This document shows positions 12,951 to 24,538 of a DNA stretch of 64,000 nt, in pieces. The notes under the pieces were generated by a model. The model was not told the origin of the DNA. It did no database searches and saw only the letters and a list, made by a program, of their open reading frames with translations. The DNA is from a virus: IMG/VR virus record IMGVR_UViG_3300029554_000001; one strand, 5' to 3'. Every line of letters begins with the position of its first letter. Position 1 is the first letter of the stretch. The translations under genes and the position numbers were made by a program.

Positions 12951-15900
12951 ATGATATATAAAGCATCTTCGCTAAGTCCAAACTTGAATGAAATAGATAT
13001 TTTATCTACCACTCGGAACCCATTTTAGGCTTAGGTTAACACCCTTGGAACATCTGTAAAAGCTTATTCTATCAATTTTTTGTCGGGAGATGGCGCTACA
13101 ATGATTCTTAATTAGCCTTCTCAAGCACTAGGACAAGAAATTAGGAATAAAGAGTAGCTTTCTTTAAATTTAACCGTGGATTCTTCTGGTAATTTTGTTA
13201 CTTTTAAAGAAGAAGGGAAAAAAGGATTATCAACGACAGCTTAGTGTGAAGAAAATTAGTCTTTTCAAAACGGAAAAGATTATCAATGGAATATTAGGAT
13301 GTATGAAAATCATTCTCCAAGGACAACAGACGAAGACCCAACAACTTTAGTTTGCTCTGGTTTTACCGTTGGTTCTACTACTTCTGTTATTTGGGTGGAT
13401 TTAAGTGGCATTAGTAGCGAAGAAACTAAGAAATTAGTTAAAGACTAGCTTAAATATGATAGATGGATAGAGATATCTGCTTCAAGTAAAAACGATGGCA
13501 TGATGGCTATCACTCTTCCAAACGAAGATAATTTGGCTTATCCTACTACTTGGCCTTATAGAGAACGTAGACAAATTAACTGGGTTTATACAGATTTAGG
13601 TTGGGATAAAGATGTTATAAAAATTGAACTCACTGAATCTTTTACATATAATTATACAAATGGTAAAACATTTACTCTTTATAACGTTTCTGATTAGCAT
13701 ACTTTAAATAATTTTTATGTCGAGCCCAATGATGATATTGAATTAGGCAATTATATTTCGTTAAATAGCGATGATAGTGTAAAAAGGAAAATTATTGGAT
13801 ATGGGCAAGAAACTGGCGAAATTAGATTATAGGAAGGTTTTGTGACCGTTCCTAAAAATGGAGATACTTATAAACTTTGGACAAAAGATTTGACTTCATC
13901 TTCTTCGCAATTTTCGCAAAAAACTTACCACAGTTCTGCCGAGAGAAAAGTAGGTGGAGCTCCTATTACGAATCCAAATTTTAAAATTATGACTTCTTAT
14001 TGGAATAGTGAAGCAGACCATCAAATTTTTGTTCAGCCAAATATAAATATTAAATCAGATACTTTAAACCCTCCTCAAATTGTTTGGGAAAATGGCGTGA
14101 GGTTAAATATAACACAAAAAATTAGTACATTAGGACAATATGTTGCAGGGAAGAAAACTGATATTACTTTTAATAAACTTGATAATACTCAATGGTTGTT
14201 AAAAGGAAATTGCAAAATTGCAACTCAAAGTACAGGTGATATTTAGCAAATAATTGTTCCTCAAACTGATTACACAGTTTATACTGATTTTATGGATTCT
14301 ATTCCAAATGCTGTTTTATATGCTCGACAAGCGCCAACATTAGGGATTAAATATAAAGATTACCGTGAATTGGATTTGGAAAATATACCGTATATAAGTA
14401 TTGACTAGTCTGTTCCTGCTCCATGGAGAGATGTGGCTTTTTTGGGTACATGGGATTCTATAAATAATGTTGAAATTAAATATTATCATTATTATTTATA
14501 TTCGATTGATAATTATAATAACGAAACTTTAATTGCTGAATCTGATGATATTTACGACTCTTCTCTTGAATGGAATTTTAAAGGTTTTGAGACAAACAAC
14601 TTCTATAAAGTTAGAATAACCATTCATGATAAATATGGTAAAGCATATAGTGAAGAAAATACTTTTTATATTGAATATGCAGTTTATAGCTCTGTAGTTC
14701 CTTTGGCTAATTCTTTGATTTGTGATGAACAAGCCATAAAACTTGAAGTAGTTAGTCCTGTTTATGTTATTTCTACAGATAAAGGCACAGAAAAAACAAT
14801 TACTTCGAATGATGTGTATTTAAGTAGTAATTCAAAATATTATTACGCAGACACAACTTCTGGAAGGGTGTTAAATTACACTCAAGTTGCAGATGCAAAC
14901 AACACCCCCATTTAGATTCCAGAGGTGTTTTCTTTTTTTACAAGATTTAGATTTCCATATATAACTTCTGATAACAAGGTTGGTTTCTTTAATAACATTA
15001 CAGGAACTGATTTAAAAACATTAATGGAAATTGCTCATGCAAGTTATACTCAATTTTATTTAAGTTAGGTAGACACTGTTCTTTATAATGAACTTTATTC
15101 TACTTTATATACAAGACAAGACAATCAAGCTCTTGCAGATGCAATTCCACTTTATCCTGACGGAATTTCTATTGTTTTGTATTCAGATGAAACTACTCCT
15201 ATAAAAGACAGTGATGGTAAAATTGTGTATTATACTTTAAGTAGTTATACAATGTCTTCCACTAAAATTGTCGTAGAAGAGAAAATTGATACTCCTGTTA
15301 CATCTTTTGACCATTATGTTTATTATGATAAGGTTACTAAAGATGAAATTGGTTCGTCAACTTCTTTAAATAATGGATAGCTTGATAGACGTTCGATTTA
15401 TCTTTCTATTTTCTCAGATGAAAATTCTGCGGATGAATACAAAAAATTACTTTCATATAATAAAGAAACAGGAGAACTTGTTATTGAAAGTAGTTTAAAG
15501 AGCGATAGTTATAATAATCTTAATTATAAAGCATACACTCTTAAGTCTGCAAATAATTATATTCCACTGCCATCTTCTACATCAGGTGATATATCTCTTG
15601 GCGGAGATGTTTATACTGTAAAAGTTGGAGGATTGGATTTACTTCTTGTTGACGAAAAAAATAAAATAATTCGTAAAAATCCTAATATGCTTAAAATGCA
15701 AGTATTTAAAAATGGTTCAAATGAACCTTTGGCTTGTTTTAATGGGGGCAAATCTACCAGTTATGATATACAAAGCATGTTAAGTAATATGACTGTTCCT
15801 GATAAATTTGGTTTCGCTCTTCAATACAAATATACAGATTCTAACAAAACTACATTAAAATATATGCTTGTAGAAAAATTTAAAGAAGAACCTGATTACA

Positions 15901-16970
15901 TGGATTAGAATATGGTTTATATTTTAACTAAAGATATTGTTTTTGCTCCTTTCGGGAAAGAAGCGAAAACTTATTATGTTGGTCAATATAAATATATTGT
16001 TAATGCAGATGGTTCTGCTGATTGGATTCTTTAGGTTGATACAGAATATTTGTACCTTGATGAAAGCGGAGATTACAAAGATGAAGAGGGCAAAGCTATT
16101 GATGTTGTAATTGATAAAGATTTGACTGAAGGAGAATCTACTGGTGGTGGTTAGACTTATACTTCTATTGCTACAAATTAGTATGATACTATTTTAGCTA
16201 ATGCTATAGCGGCAACAAAAGAAAATAGAATTTTTACTACAAATGAATATAATGAAGCGTTGGCAAATTATTTATCAGAACATAGCGAGGCTTACATCGG
16301 CTTTGCAATAAACGAAGCTGGAAATTCTATGTATTCTGAAAATGGGGTAATACAAAGATATAAGATTAACTCTTATACAGGAAATGTGTTAACTATAGAA
16401 AAAACCCTTCCTTACACTGGAACAATTTATGCGTATAGGATTTATTCTCGCAATTCAGAGACGGGGAATTATACATATGAAATAGCTTTGACTGTTGGAC
16501 TTACAGACAAAGGGATTGTTCCCAAAACATCTTTAGTGTATCTTTCAGTGACGAATGGCACAACAACATTAATAGATAAAAAGAAAATTTTAACCTACAC
16601 CGCCGATAAAAAATTAACTATTGAGGGTGGAGTTTCTATTTTACTCTCTGATTCTGACCTTAATTCTTTAACTTATACTGCTTATAATTATATCAGCAAT
16701 ACTTACACTGAATTGGGGAAAACTGGTGATGGTAAAATTATTGCAAGTGACCCAACAGGAGGTACTGTTAGTGGGCCTGTTAAATATCGTTGGGGGCCCA
16801 AAAACGGGTCAGGAAAAGAAGAATCAGATTATATTTGGATGCCTGATTCTCAAGCTGTTAAACAAACTAATATGGCTTAGATTTCTTAGAGATGGTTTGA
16901 TTTTAATTTAACAGTAGATAATTCTAAAGAAGTTCCTGTTAATTGTTCTATTGTTTTAGTTACAGAATAA
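12951..16970 (+). CDS. large virion structural protein, 1339 codons (function unknown; tail tip or receptor-binding candidate)
   Basis: RBS AAAGGAG then ATG 12951. A single frame links six ORF-track fragments (13500, 13842, 14433, 15177, 15633, 16260). 20 in-frame TAG by hand count, no TAA or TGA until TAA at 16968-16970. Confidence 0.75.
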
Positions 16971-16987
16971 AGAAAGGAGGATAATTA

Positions 16988-18007
16988 ATGAATATTAACA
17001 GCTATATTTATTATGCGCCACGGTTAGAAATTCGAGATGTTGGTATTGATACCGATATTACAAAATCTCCTGATACTATTCGTAAAGAAGTTACTGCAAA
17101 ATTGAAAGCTAATCCTTATTCTTCGCCTTTGTCCTCCGACTTGATTTTGTACAATAAATTTAATTTGAAGGATTAGGGTACTGGAACTTCAATTTTAGCT
17201 TATTATTTTCAAAGTTTACTTGGGTCAAATGGTGCTCTTTCTGTTTACAAAAAAGCTCCCGAAGATAGTTTTTATACATATATTTGTGATATGTATGGTA
17301 ACTATAGTATGTTGGATTATAATATTAAAGCCAATGCATTTTATCATTATTTAGTTGCTTATCGTCAAAGCAGTGGGTCTTATAAAATGTATGAGGATAC
17401 CATTGTAAATCTTGACGGTACAACCTCTCCCGCTTATATTTCTACTAAATGGGATTCTTGGACTATTTGTGATATTGAAGAGACTGAAACTGAAAAACTT
17501 TATGTTAAAACTGGCAACATTTGGAAACTTCGTTATAATATGGACAATGGAGAGTTAACTCAAAATAATAGCATTTCTACTTGGGATACTTTGGGACAGT
17601 TTCCAAAATATTCTAAAGGTAAGAAAGATTATATGAGTTCTACTGTTACTTGTTTGTTAGGTGATATTTCTGACTATTCAGAAACAGAAGCTATTACGAA
17701 AGAAGAAAATGGTTCAAGTATTACAACCTTCAAAGTTAAAACTGCAAATGGTTATACAGAACGAGTTAATAAAGAAGATATGTATTCTCGTGAAGTAGAA
17801 AAATATAATGCTTGGAGAGAATTTATTAATAATGGTAGTTTAAAATTATTAAAAGATTACAAAGGAAACTCTTGGGTTATTCAAGTAACTTCTGCTCCTA
17901 CTTATAATATAAATATGCAATCTAATCTTTTGCAAACAACAATTTCTTTCTCTTGGTAGGAAGCTTTAGACGTAGATTCGATTTCTATTGTTTCAAGTGC
18001 CAGATAA
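16988..18007 (+). CDS. tail structural protein (distal-tail-protein-like, tentative)
   Basis: RBS AAAGGAGG then ATG. Two ORF-track fragments lie in one frame joined by TAG (17174). A second TAG at 17957 is followed by 15 sense codons and TAA 18005-18007. Position downstream of the TMP. Similarity judged by eye only. Confidence 0.6.
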
Positions 18008-18016
18008 GGAGGAAAT

Positions 18017-19258
18017 ATGGCTGATAATATTTTTGGCGATGTGTTATTAAGGGATGAAAATGCTATTCCTTTTAACACTTTAAAAAGAATACTTGAGAGA
18101 CCTGTAATTCATCCTCGTTATAGACTATCTATTCTTACTCCTGATGAACAAGTATCATATATTATTCCAGAAAGCGATATTACTTTAGATGGCTTAAATT
18201 ATACTGAATCTTATCAAAATGGGCAAAGAAGAAGTATTACAGTTACTTTAGCAAACGAAAATGGACAATATACTCCTAATATTAATGGTATTTGGGTAAA
18301 TACAAGATTTGGATTTGATGTGGGTATTCAATATCAAGATACAACTATCTGGTTTCCTAAAGGAGTTTATATTTTAGGAGATGTTAGTTTGACAAGGGAT
18401 GATTCGAACAAAACTATTCAACTTCAACTTTCTGATAAATATGCTGTTTTTGAAGGTAAAACAGGTACTCTTGAGACGGCGTATGAAGTTGAATTGGGTA
18501 GCAATATTATTGATGCTGTTAAAGGGGTTTTAAATTTTTCTCTTGGAAATGGCTATATCTTAGATTATAAAGAACCTATTTTTGACCCAAGTTTTATTGG
18601 ATTGAAAACACAGCAAACAATTAGAGCGGAACAAGGAGAGACTTTGGGTTCGATTTTGGATGCTTTAGCAACACAATTATCTGCTGAATATTATTATAAT
18701 ACAGTTGGTAATTTATGTTTTTATCCAATTAACGAAACAGTTGATGACTCTGTTAAACCTGTTATTTGGACTTATCCCAAGCTTAGTAGAGATTTACATA
18801 ATATGGATTTGCAATATCAAAATGAGCAAATTATTAATTGTGTAAAAGTAGTGGGAGATAGTGTGGATTCTACTATTTACACCGCTACGGTTACAAATAA
18901 TAATCCTTCTTCTCCTATTTGTGTAGAACGTATTGGAAGGCGTATGGATGCTCCATATACATCTTCTCAGGTGTGGAGTGATGACTTAGCTTATGATTTG
19001 GCAAATTATTATTTGAGAAAATCAAGTTTTGTAGGAGTGCAATTTTCTGTTTCTGTTAGTTTCAATCCAATTTTGACAGTAAATAATTTATGTGAAGTTG
19101 AAGATGAATTTTTGTCTTTACAACGAGAAAAGTTGTTAATTACTTCTATTTCTTATAATAGTAAAGATGGTAAAATATCATTAAGTTGTTGTAATACTTC
19201 TGACTTACCTACTAATACATCCGAGAAGGAAAGTCAAGGAGAGAAAATAAGATGGTGA
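18017..19258 (+). CDS. tail/baseplate hub-like structural protein (gp27/XkdQ/Tal-N-like, tentative)
   Basis: RBS AAGGAGG then ATG. 413 aa, no TAG, TGA stop overlapping the next start. Position and general sequence character of phage minor structural or hub proteins. Confidence 0.6.
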   Translation: MADNIFGDVLLRDENAIPFNTLKRILERPVIHPRYRLSILTPDEQVSYIIPESDITLDGLNYTESYQNGQRRSITVTLANENGQYTPNINGIWVNTRFGFDVGIQYQDTTIWFPKGVYILGDVSLTRDDSNKTIQLQLSDKYAVFEGKTGTLETAYEVELGSNIIDAVKGVLNFSLGNGYILDYKEPIFDPSFIGLKTQQTIRAEQGETLGSILDALATQLSAEYYYNTVGNLCFYPINETVDDSVKPVIWTYPKLSRDLHNMDLQYQNEQIINCVKVVGDSVDSTIYTATVTNNNPSSPICVERIGRRMDAPYTSSQVWSDDLAYDLANYYLRKSSFVGVQFSVSVSFNPILTVNNLCEVEDEFLSLQREKLLITSISYNSKDGKISLSCCNTSDLPTNTSEKESQGEKIRW

Positions 19259-19261
19259 TTT

Positions 19262-19594
19262 ATGATAAATCAAAATAACAATTATGACCAATATGCAGAT
19301 GAAATGCTGAATAGAATACTTTAGTGCGTTACAGCAGAAATTAAAAGAACCTCACCGAGAATTGAAAGTGCTACGGTGACAAATGTAAATAGTGATGGTA
19401 CTGTGGATGTTATTTTGCCACGGGAACCTGAAACAGAATTTACAAGAATTCAAAATCAAACTCCTTTTGAATTAAGAGAAGGAGATTCTGTTGAAATAAT
19501 GCTTAAAAAAGGAAGTTTTAATAATTGCTGGGTTATGGCAAAACATGGAACAACAAAACGTTTTGGTGTCGATGATAATGGACTAACCGATTAA
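19262..19594 (+). CDS. small tail/baseplate protein (XkdR/DUF2577-like spike, tentative)
   Basis: ATG 19262 immediately after the upstream TGA. One in-frame TAG at 19322. The C-terminal part matches ORF-track 19376..19594. TAA stop. Confidence 0.6.
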
Positions 19595-19612
19595 AAAATT
19601 TTTGCCAAGTAC

Positions 19613-19641
19613 TTGACAAGATGAAAAAACTATGCTATATT
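19613..19641 (+). promoter_or_regulatory. sigma70/sigmaA-type promoter at the structural-to-replication module boundary
   Basis: TTGACA (19613-19618), 17 nt, TATATT (19636-19641). Confidence 0.65.
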
Positions 19642-19693
19642 TTATTCACAACCAAGGTAGGTTGATTTTTTTGAATAATTAGGAGATAGTAAA

Positions 19694-19879
19694 ATGGTTA
19701 ATAATCTTGCGTGTGAAGATTGTCGTTTTTTGGTAAAGTGCTCGGCGTATGCAAAGCTTAAGCCTTTTCTTGAGGACGCTCGAAGAGATTTGGGAGTTAC
19801 TTTGACGTTTGAGGCTTGTAATGATTACAAGTCTATTGACGATGATGACAATGACAACAATGATGAAAATGAAAATTAA
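19694..19879 (+). CDS. small Cys-containing protein with poly-acidic C-terminal tail
   Basis: RBS TAGGAG then ATG. 61 aa with four Cys (C7, C10, C16, C42), ending DDDDNDNNDENEN. First gene after the promoter. Confidence 0.6.
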   Translation: MVNNLACEDCRFLVKCSAYAKLKPFLEDARRDLGVTLTFEACNDYKSIDDDDNDNNDENEN

Positions 19880-19914
19880 AAATTAAAAGACAAAATTAAA
19901 GGAGTACAAAAATA

Positions 19915-20862
19915 ATGGCTACAAAAAATACTGACCAGATTCGTAGATTGACAAATAGCGTGACTCTTGCGGGTTATCTCGCTGATATTGAGTCCAAGTA
20001 GGGTGTGGACAAGAATGGTGTTGATTACATTCGTATTCGTGGGCAGATTCAGTGCGGCGAAGAAAGTGTAATGACTCGTTCTTTCACGTCTTTTATCAAG
20101 GCGAAGAAAGCTGATGGTACAGATAGTGAGAACTATGAAAAGGTTCTTGACTGGGTTAAAAAAGCAGTTCCTATGACTAAGGATAAGGAAAATGCCACTA
20201 TGGTGAGACTTGTTGGTTCTCTTAGTGCAAATGATTATGTTGGTTCTGATGAACAGCTTCACGAAGGTACTGTTGCTTCTATGCAATTCTTTAATGATTT
20301 TGAAGAATTTGCTTGTGACCTTGATATCGAGGGATATATTAAGAGTATTACTGATGAAGAGCGTGGCTCTGAAGATGATAAGAAGCCTACTGGTAGAAAG
20401 CGTTTAAATCTCATTAGTATGGATTTTTATCATAACGCTCTTGATATTAAGAATATTATTATTCCCAAGGATTTTGTGGATGCTCTTGAAGATAATGGCT
20501 ATGTTAAGGGTGCTACTGCTAAGATGTATGTTAGCTGGAAGCCCAATGAAAAGAGTGAAGCAAAGCCTAAGACCAAGGGTTTTGGTCAGCAGAGAGTAAC
20601 TGAGGGCAAGAGCTATCTTGAAATGGTTCTTACTGGTGGTGATATTGCTTATGATGAAGATGAGCAGGAAGATATGATTATCACTCCTCAGATGTGTAAG
20701 GCTATGCTCAATGAGAGAGCAAGTCGTTTGAAGGAACTTGAGGGAGCAGGATATCAGGGCTCTAAGGGCAGTAATGGTTCTTCTGCACCTACGGGCTTTG
20801 GTAAGAAGGGTTCTGGAAAGATGTCTCCTGTTGTTGATGATGACGATGATATTCCTTTCTAA
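19915..20862 (+). CDS. ssb: single-stranded DNA-binding protein
   Basis: RBS AAAGGAG then ATG 19915. TAG at codon 29 joins it to ORF-track 20005..20862. Gly/Ser-rich linker and the canonical acidic SSB tail DDDDDIPF at the C-terminus. Confidence 0.8.
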
Positions 20863-20917
20863 TTTCTAATCGACAACTAAAAATAATTCAAAATTTTTAA
20901 AAGGAGACATTTAAATA

Positions 20918-21937
20918 ATGGGTATTGATATTTTTAGCATTAAGCCTAATGTGGTCACTCGTGACCTTAGTGGTAAGAGTTTTCTCATTTATGGAGAAAG
21001 AAAGAGCGGCAAAACTACAAATGCTTGTAAATTTCCCAAGCCTATTTTGCTTGGTTTCGAAAAAGGCTATGGTTTCTTGGATGGCATTATTGCACAGCCA
21101 ATTAACACTTGGAAAGAAGCTCTTGAAGTAAAGAAGCAGTTACTTAAAGATGCAGATGCGGCTGAAAAAGAAAATAGAGAAACAATCTTTAAAACGGTAA
21201 TTGTTGATACTATTGATATTGCCTACGACCTTTGTGAGAAGTATATCGTAGACAAGGAAGGTGTAGATTATCTTGATGAGACTGAAAAGATGCGTGGCTA
21301 TCGTGCTTTGTCTCGTGAGTATGATAAGTTTTTCCAAGAGATTGTTAAGGCTGGTTATACTTTGATTTGTATTTCTCATGCCACCACTAAGCAGATTAAG
21401 GAAAACGGTGAGAAATATGATAAGACTATTCCTACTGTACCCGACCGTGGATTCCTTGTTGTTTCTCGTCTTGTTGACGTAACTGGTTACGCTTCTTATG
21501 AAACTGATGAACAGGGTAATGTTCATTCCATGCTTACTATGAGAGGCAATAAGCATCTTGAAGCTGGTTCTCGTAGTCCTTATATGTCTGAATGTATTCC
21601 ATTTACTTATGAAGCATTGCGTGATGATATGGCAAAGGCTATTGATAAACAAAAGGCTAATGGTGCGACAGTTGTTGATAATGAGGTTAATCTCTTTAAG
21701 GATAACGAAGTTACCGAAGATGAAAAGAAGAGCGTTGATGAGCTTATTGCTGAAATCGGTAGCTATGTAAAGGCTATTCATAATACTGGTAGTACAGAAT
21801 ATAAGAAGATTATTGCAGAGTATCTTGGAAAGGGTAAGAGTGTAAAAGATTGCGATGAATCTCAATTGGATATGCTTTTACTTATTCTCGATGATTTGAA
21901 GGATTACTGTACTGAAAATAATATTACAGTAGAATAA
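20918..21937 (+). CDS. AAA_24/Sak4-like RecA-fold ATPase
   Basis: Walker A in LIYGERKSGKTT, Walker B-like VIVDTID. Overall pattern of phage Sak4-type ATPases. No TAG. Confidence 0.75.
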   Translation: MGIDIFSIKPNVVTRDLSGKSFLIYGERKSGKTTNACKFPKPILLGFEKGYGFLDGIIAQPINTWKEALEVKKQLLKDADAAEKENRETIFKTVIVDTIDIAYDLCEKYIVDKEGVDYLDETEKMRGYRALSREYDKFFQEIVKAGYTLICISHATTKQIKENGEKYDKTIPTVPDRGFLVVSRLVDVTGYASYETDEQGNVHSMLTMRGNKHLEAGSRSPYMSECIPFTYEALRDDMAKAIDKQKANGATVVDNEVNLFKDNEVTEDEKKSVDELIAEIGSYVKAIHNTGSTEYKKIIAEYLGKGKSVKDCDESQLDMLLLILDDLKDYCTENNITVE

Positions 21938-21946
21938 ATAATTATT

Positions 21947-21991
21947 GGGGGATAGTAAAACTAATTACTATTCCCCTTTATTTTCCGTTTT
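21947..21991 (+). terminator. rho-independent terminator
   Basis: GGGGATAGTA (21947-21956) pairs with TACTATTCCCC (21967-21977, one bulge), followed by TTTATTTTCCGTTTT. Confidence 0.6.
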
Positions 21992-22014
21992 AATATTTTA
22001 AGAAAGGAGTGAGG

Positions 22015-22710
22015 ATTATAGCACCAAGAAAAAATAGAAAATGTAGTGTTTGTGGCAAAATGTTCCCTTTTGAAGAAATTATCACCGTAAATGGTAAAAA
22101 TTATTGTCCAGTTTGCGGCAAATAGCCTGCCCATGATGCTAAAGATTACAGACTTTTAACAGATTATCTTTGGGATAACTTGGGTATGAGAGAGTGGGTT
22201 AACGCTTCTCTTGTAACCACTTATATAAAAAAGATAAAAGAAAAATATGGTTTGACTAATTCTCAAATTCTTTATACTTTATATTATATGTACGAGTATG
22301 CTGATAATCCAGCTCCTCCCATAAAGACAGAATCAGACATCTTCATGGTTGTACGTTATTTTGCTGAATCCAGAGATTTTTGGCAAAAATATAAAGAAAT
22401 GAAGATGACTAAAACTGAATTAATTGAATATGTTTTAACAAAACAGCCTGTTGCAATAGATGTAGCTCGTTCTGAAATTATTAAAAAGCAGGAAGAAGAA
22501 GAGGAAAGACGTAATAAACGCAATCACAAGGAAGAAATTTCTGCTGAAGATATTATTGATGATGGAATAGTAAACACAGATTTTATAGGAGATTATAATT
22601 TTAGAAAAGATTTGCAAAAGCAAAAGGAAAAAGATAATATGTTTTTATCAGAATTACAAAGAGATGTTCAAGAAATAATGGCTGAACATCCCGAAGAATG
22701 GGAGGCTTAA
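22015..22710 (+). CDS. zinc-ribbon protein of unknown function (start uncertain, possibly non-AUG)
   Basis: The frame is open from 21994. CSVCG...CPVCG zinc ribbon lies upstream of the first ATG. One TAG at 22120 joins it to ORF-track 22180..22710. RBS AAAGGAG at 22003-22009. Only ATT (22015), ATA (22018) or GTG (22009) are available as starts. Confidence 0.5.
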
Positions 22711-22711
22711 C

Positions 22712-24526
22712 TTGGCGGATTATAGAGATTATCAAAGCAAATCTGCAATTAAAGAAGTTCTTGGCTGTTTACTGTAGAATCCAACTTTATTAACAAGTAA
22801 TAAAATCGACAAAAAAGATTTTGTTGAAGCTTTCCATCAACTTTTATTTGTAGCGATAAACAATCTTTTTTCTCAGGGTGCGGTAAAACTTGACCAATAT
22901 ATTATTGATGACTACTTAAAGAATAATCTTCAATCTCTGTATAATATTTATACAAGGAATAATGGCAATCTTTATGTTGAAAAGGCTAAAGAATTAGCTA
23001 CACCAGAAAACTTTAATACTAATTATCAGGAGATGAAAAAGTTTTCTCTCCTTCGTGCTTATCTCAAGTCAGGTATCGAAGTTGATGAAATTTACAATCC
23101 TGATGAAGAAGACCCTGAAATTGCAGATGAACAAAGATATCAATTTAGTCAAATGACTATTGATGATATACTTAATTATTTTAGGCAAAAAGTATCTAAT
23201 ATTACTCAAGAATACAGCCCCAAAGTTGGGCGTGATAGTGTTAAAGCTGGTAGTGATGAAGCTCGAAAGCAAAAAGAAGAATGGAAGAAAACTCCCGCTT
23301 ATGGTTTATCTTACGCAAGTAATTATATGACTACCGTAACAAGAGGTATGCAACCACGAAGATTTACTGTTTGTTCTGCACGGACAGGTTTAGGAAAAAC
23401 GAGAGTTACTATTGCCAATCTTTGTCATTCTTTTACCCCTAAATATTGGGATTCTAATGTTGGAGAATTCGTAAAAAATCCAAATGGTACTCAAAATGCT
23501 GCTCTTTATATTGGAACAGAAATGGAGCTTATTACAGAGATTGAGCCTATTTTATGGGCCTATATTGCAGATGTTCCTCAGCAACATATTATGACTGGTA
23601 AGTATGTTGGGGATGAAGAAGAAAGAGTTGATGAAGCTATTAGAATTCTTCATGAAGAGGGACATATTTATCTTGAATATGTACCTGACTATGATATCGG
23701 AACTTTAGAGAATGTTATTGAACAACACGTTCTTCAACATGGAATAACTCATGTTTTTTTTGATTATATTCATGTAACAACTGATTTGATTAGTGAGTTC
23801 CAAGCTAATGCCAAAGCAAGAATGCAAATTCGTGAAGACCAAGTTCTTGCAAATTTAAGTTTGAAATTAAAAGACCTTACTCGAAAATACGATATTTGCA
23901 TTGATACTTGGACACAGGTTACGGGGGATTTTAAGAACGAGCAAAATCGTGACCAAACAATTGTGCGTGGTGCTAAAGCCATCATTGATAAAGCTGACCA
24001 TGGAGCAATTTTGTCAGAGGTTACGAAGAAAGAAGAAAAATATTTAGAGAAAATTTTGAGAAGTAAATTCTTAAAATATAAGCCTAATAGATGTTTATCA
24101 GTTTATAAAAATCGTGGTGGAGAATACAATAAAGTTAAAATTTGGTTGTATATTGAATATTCTACAATGCGAGTTCATGATTTGTTTTGTACTGATTATG
24201 ACTATGAACTTTTAGATATTCCTCAAACATTTACTCGTGTTGAAGAAGACCAAAAGGTTCAATTCTTTAACAATAAAGACTTCTTACGAAGTCAAATGAT
24301 TAACGATGCAGTTGATATTGCTCAAACTGCCAAGGAAGAAGGAACTTTTGATGTTTTTGAAGATACGGAAGAAGTAACAAAAAAAATTAAAGAAGCTCTT
24401 GAAAATGAAGAGGACCCATTCTTAGAATCTCCTGAAAACAGGAAATTTAGAATGGTAGAAGATGATGAAGATGATGAAGAAGAAAAGAAAGCTTTATCAA
24501 AAGAGGAAGAAGAAATAGATTATTAA
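22712..24526 (+). CDS. DnaB-like replicative helicase
   Basis: RBS GGGAGG then TTG 22712. DnaB N-domain-like segment (EVLGCLL[TAG]NPTLL...HQLLFVAI) with TAG at codon 22. Walker A SARTGLGKT, Walker B FFDYIH. Acidic C-terminus. Confidence 0.75.
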
Positions 24527-24538
24527 TAGAGGTTGTTT

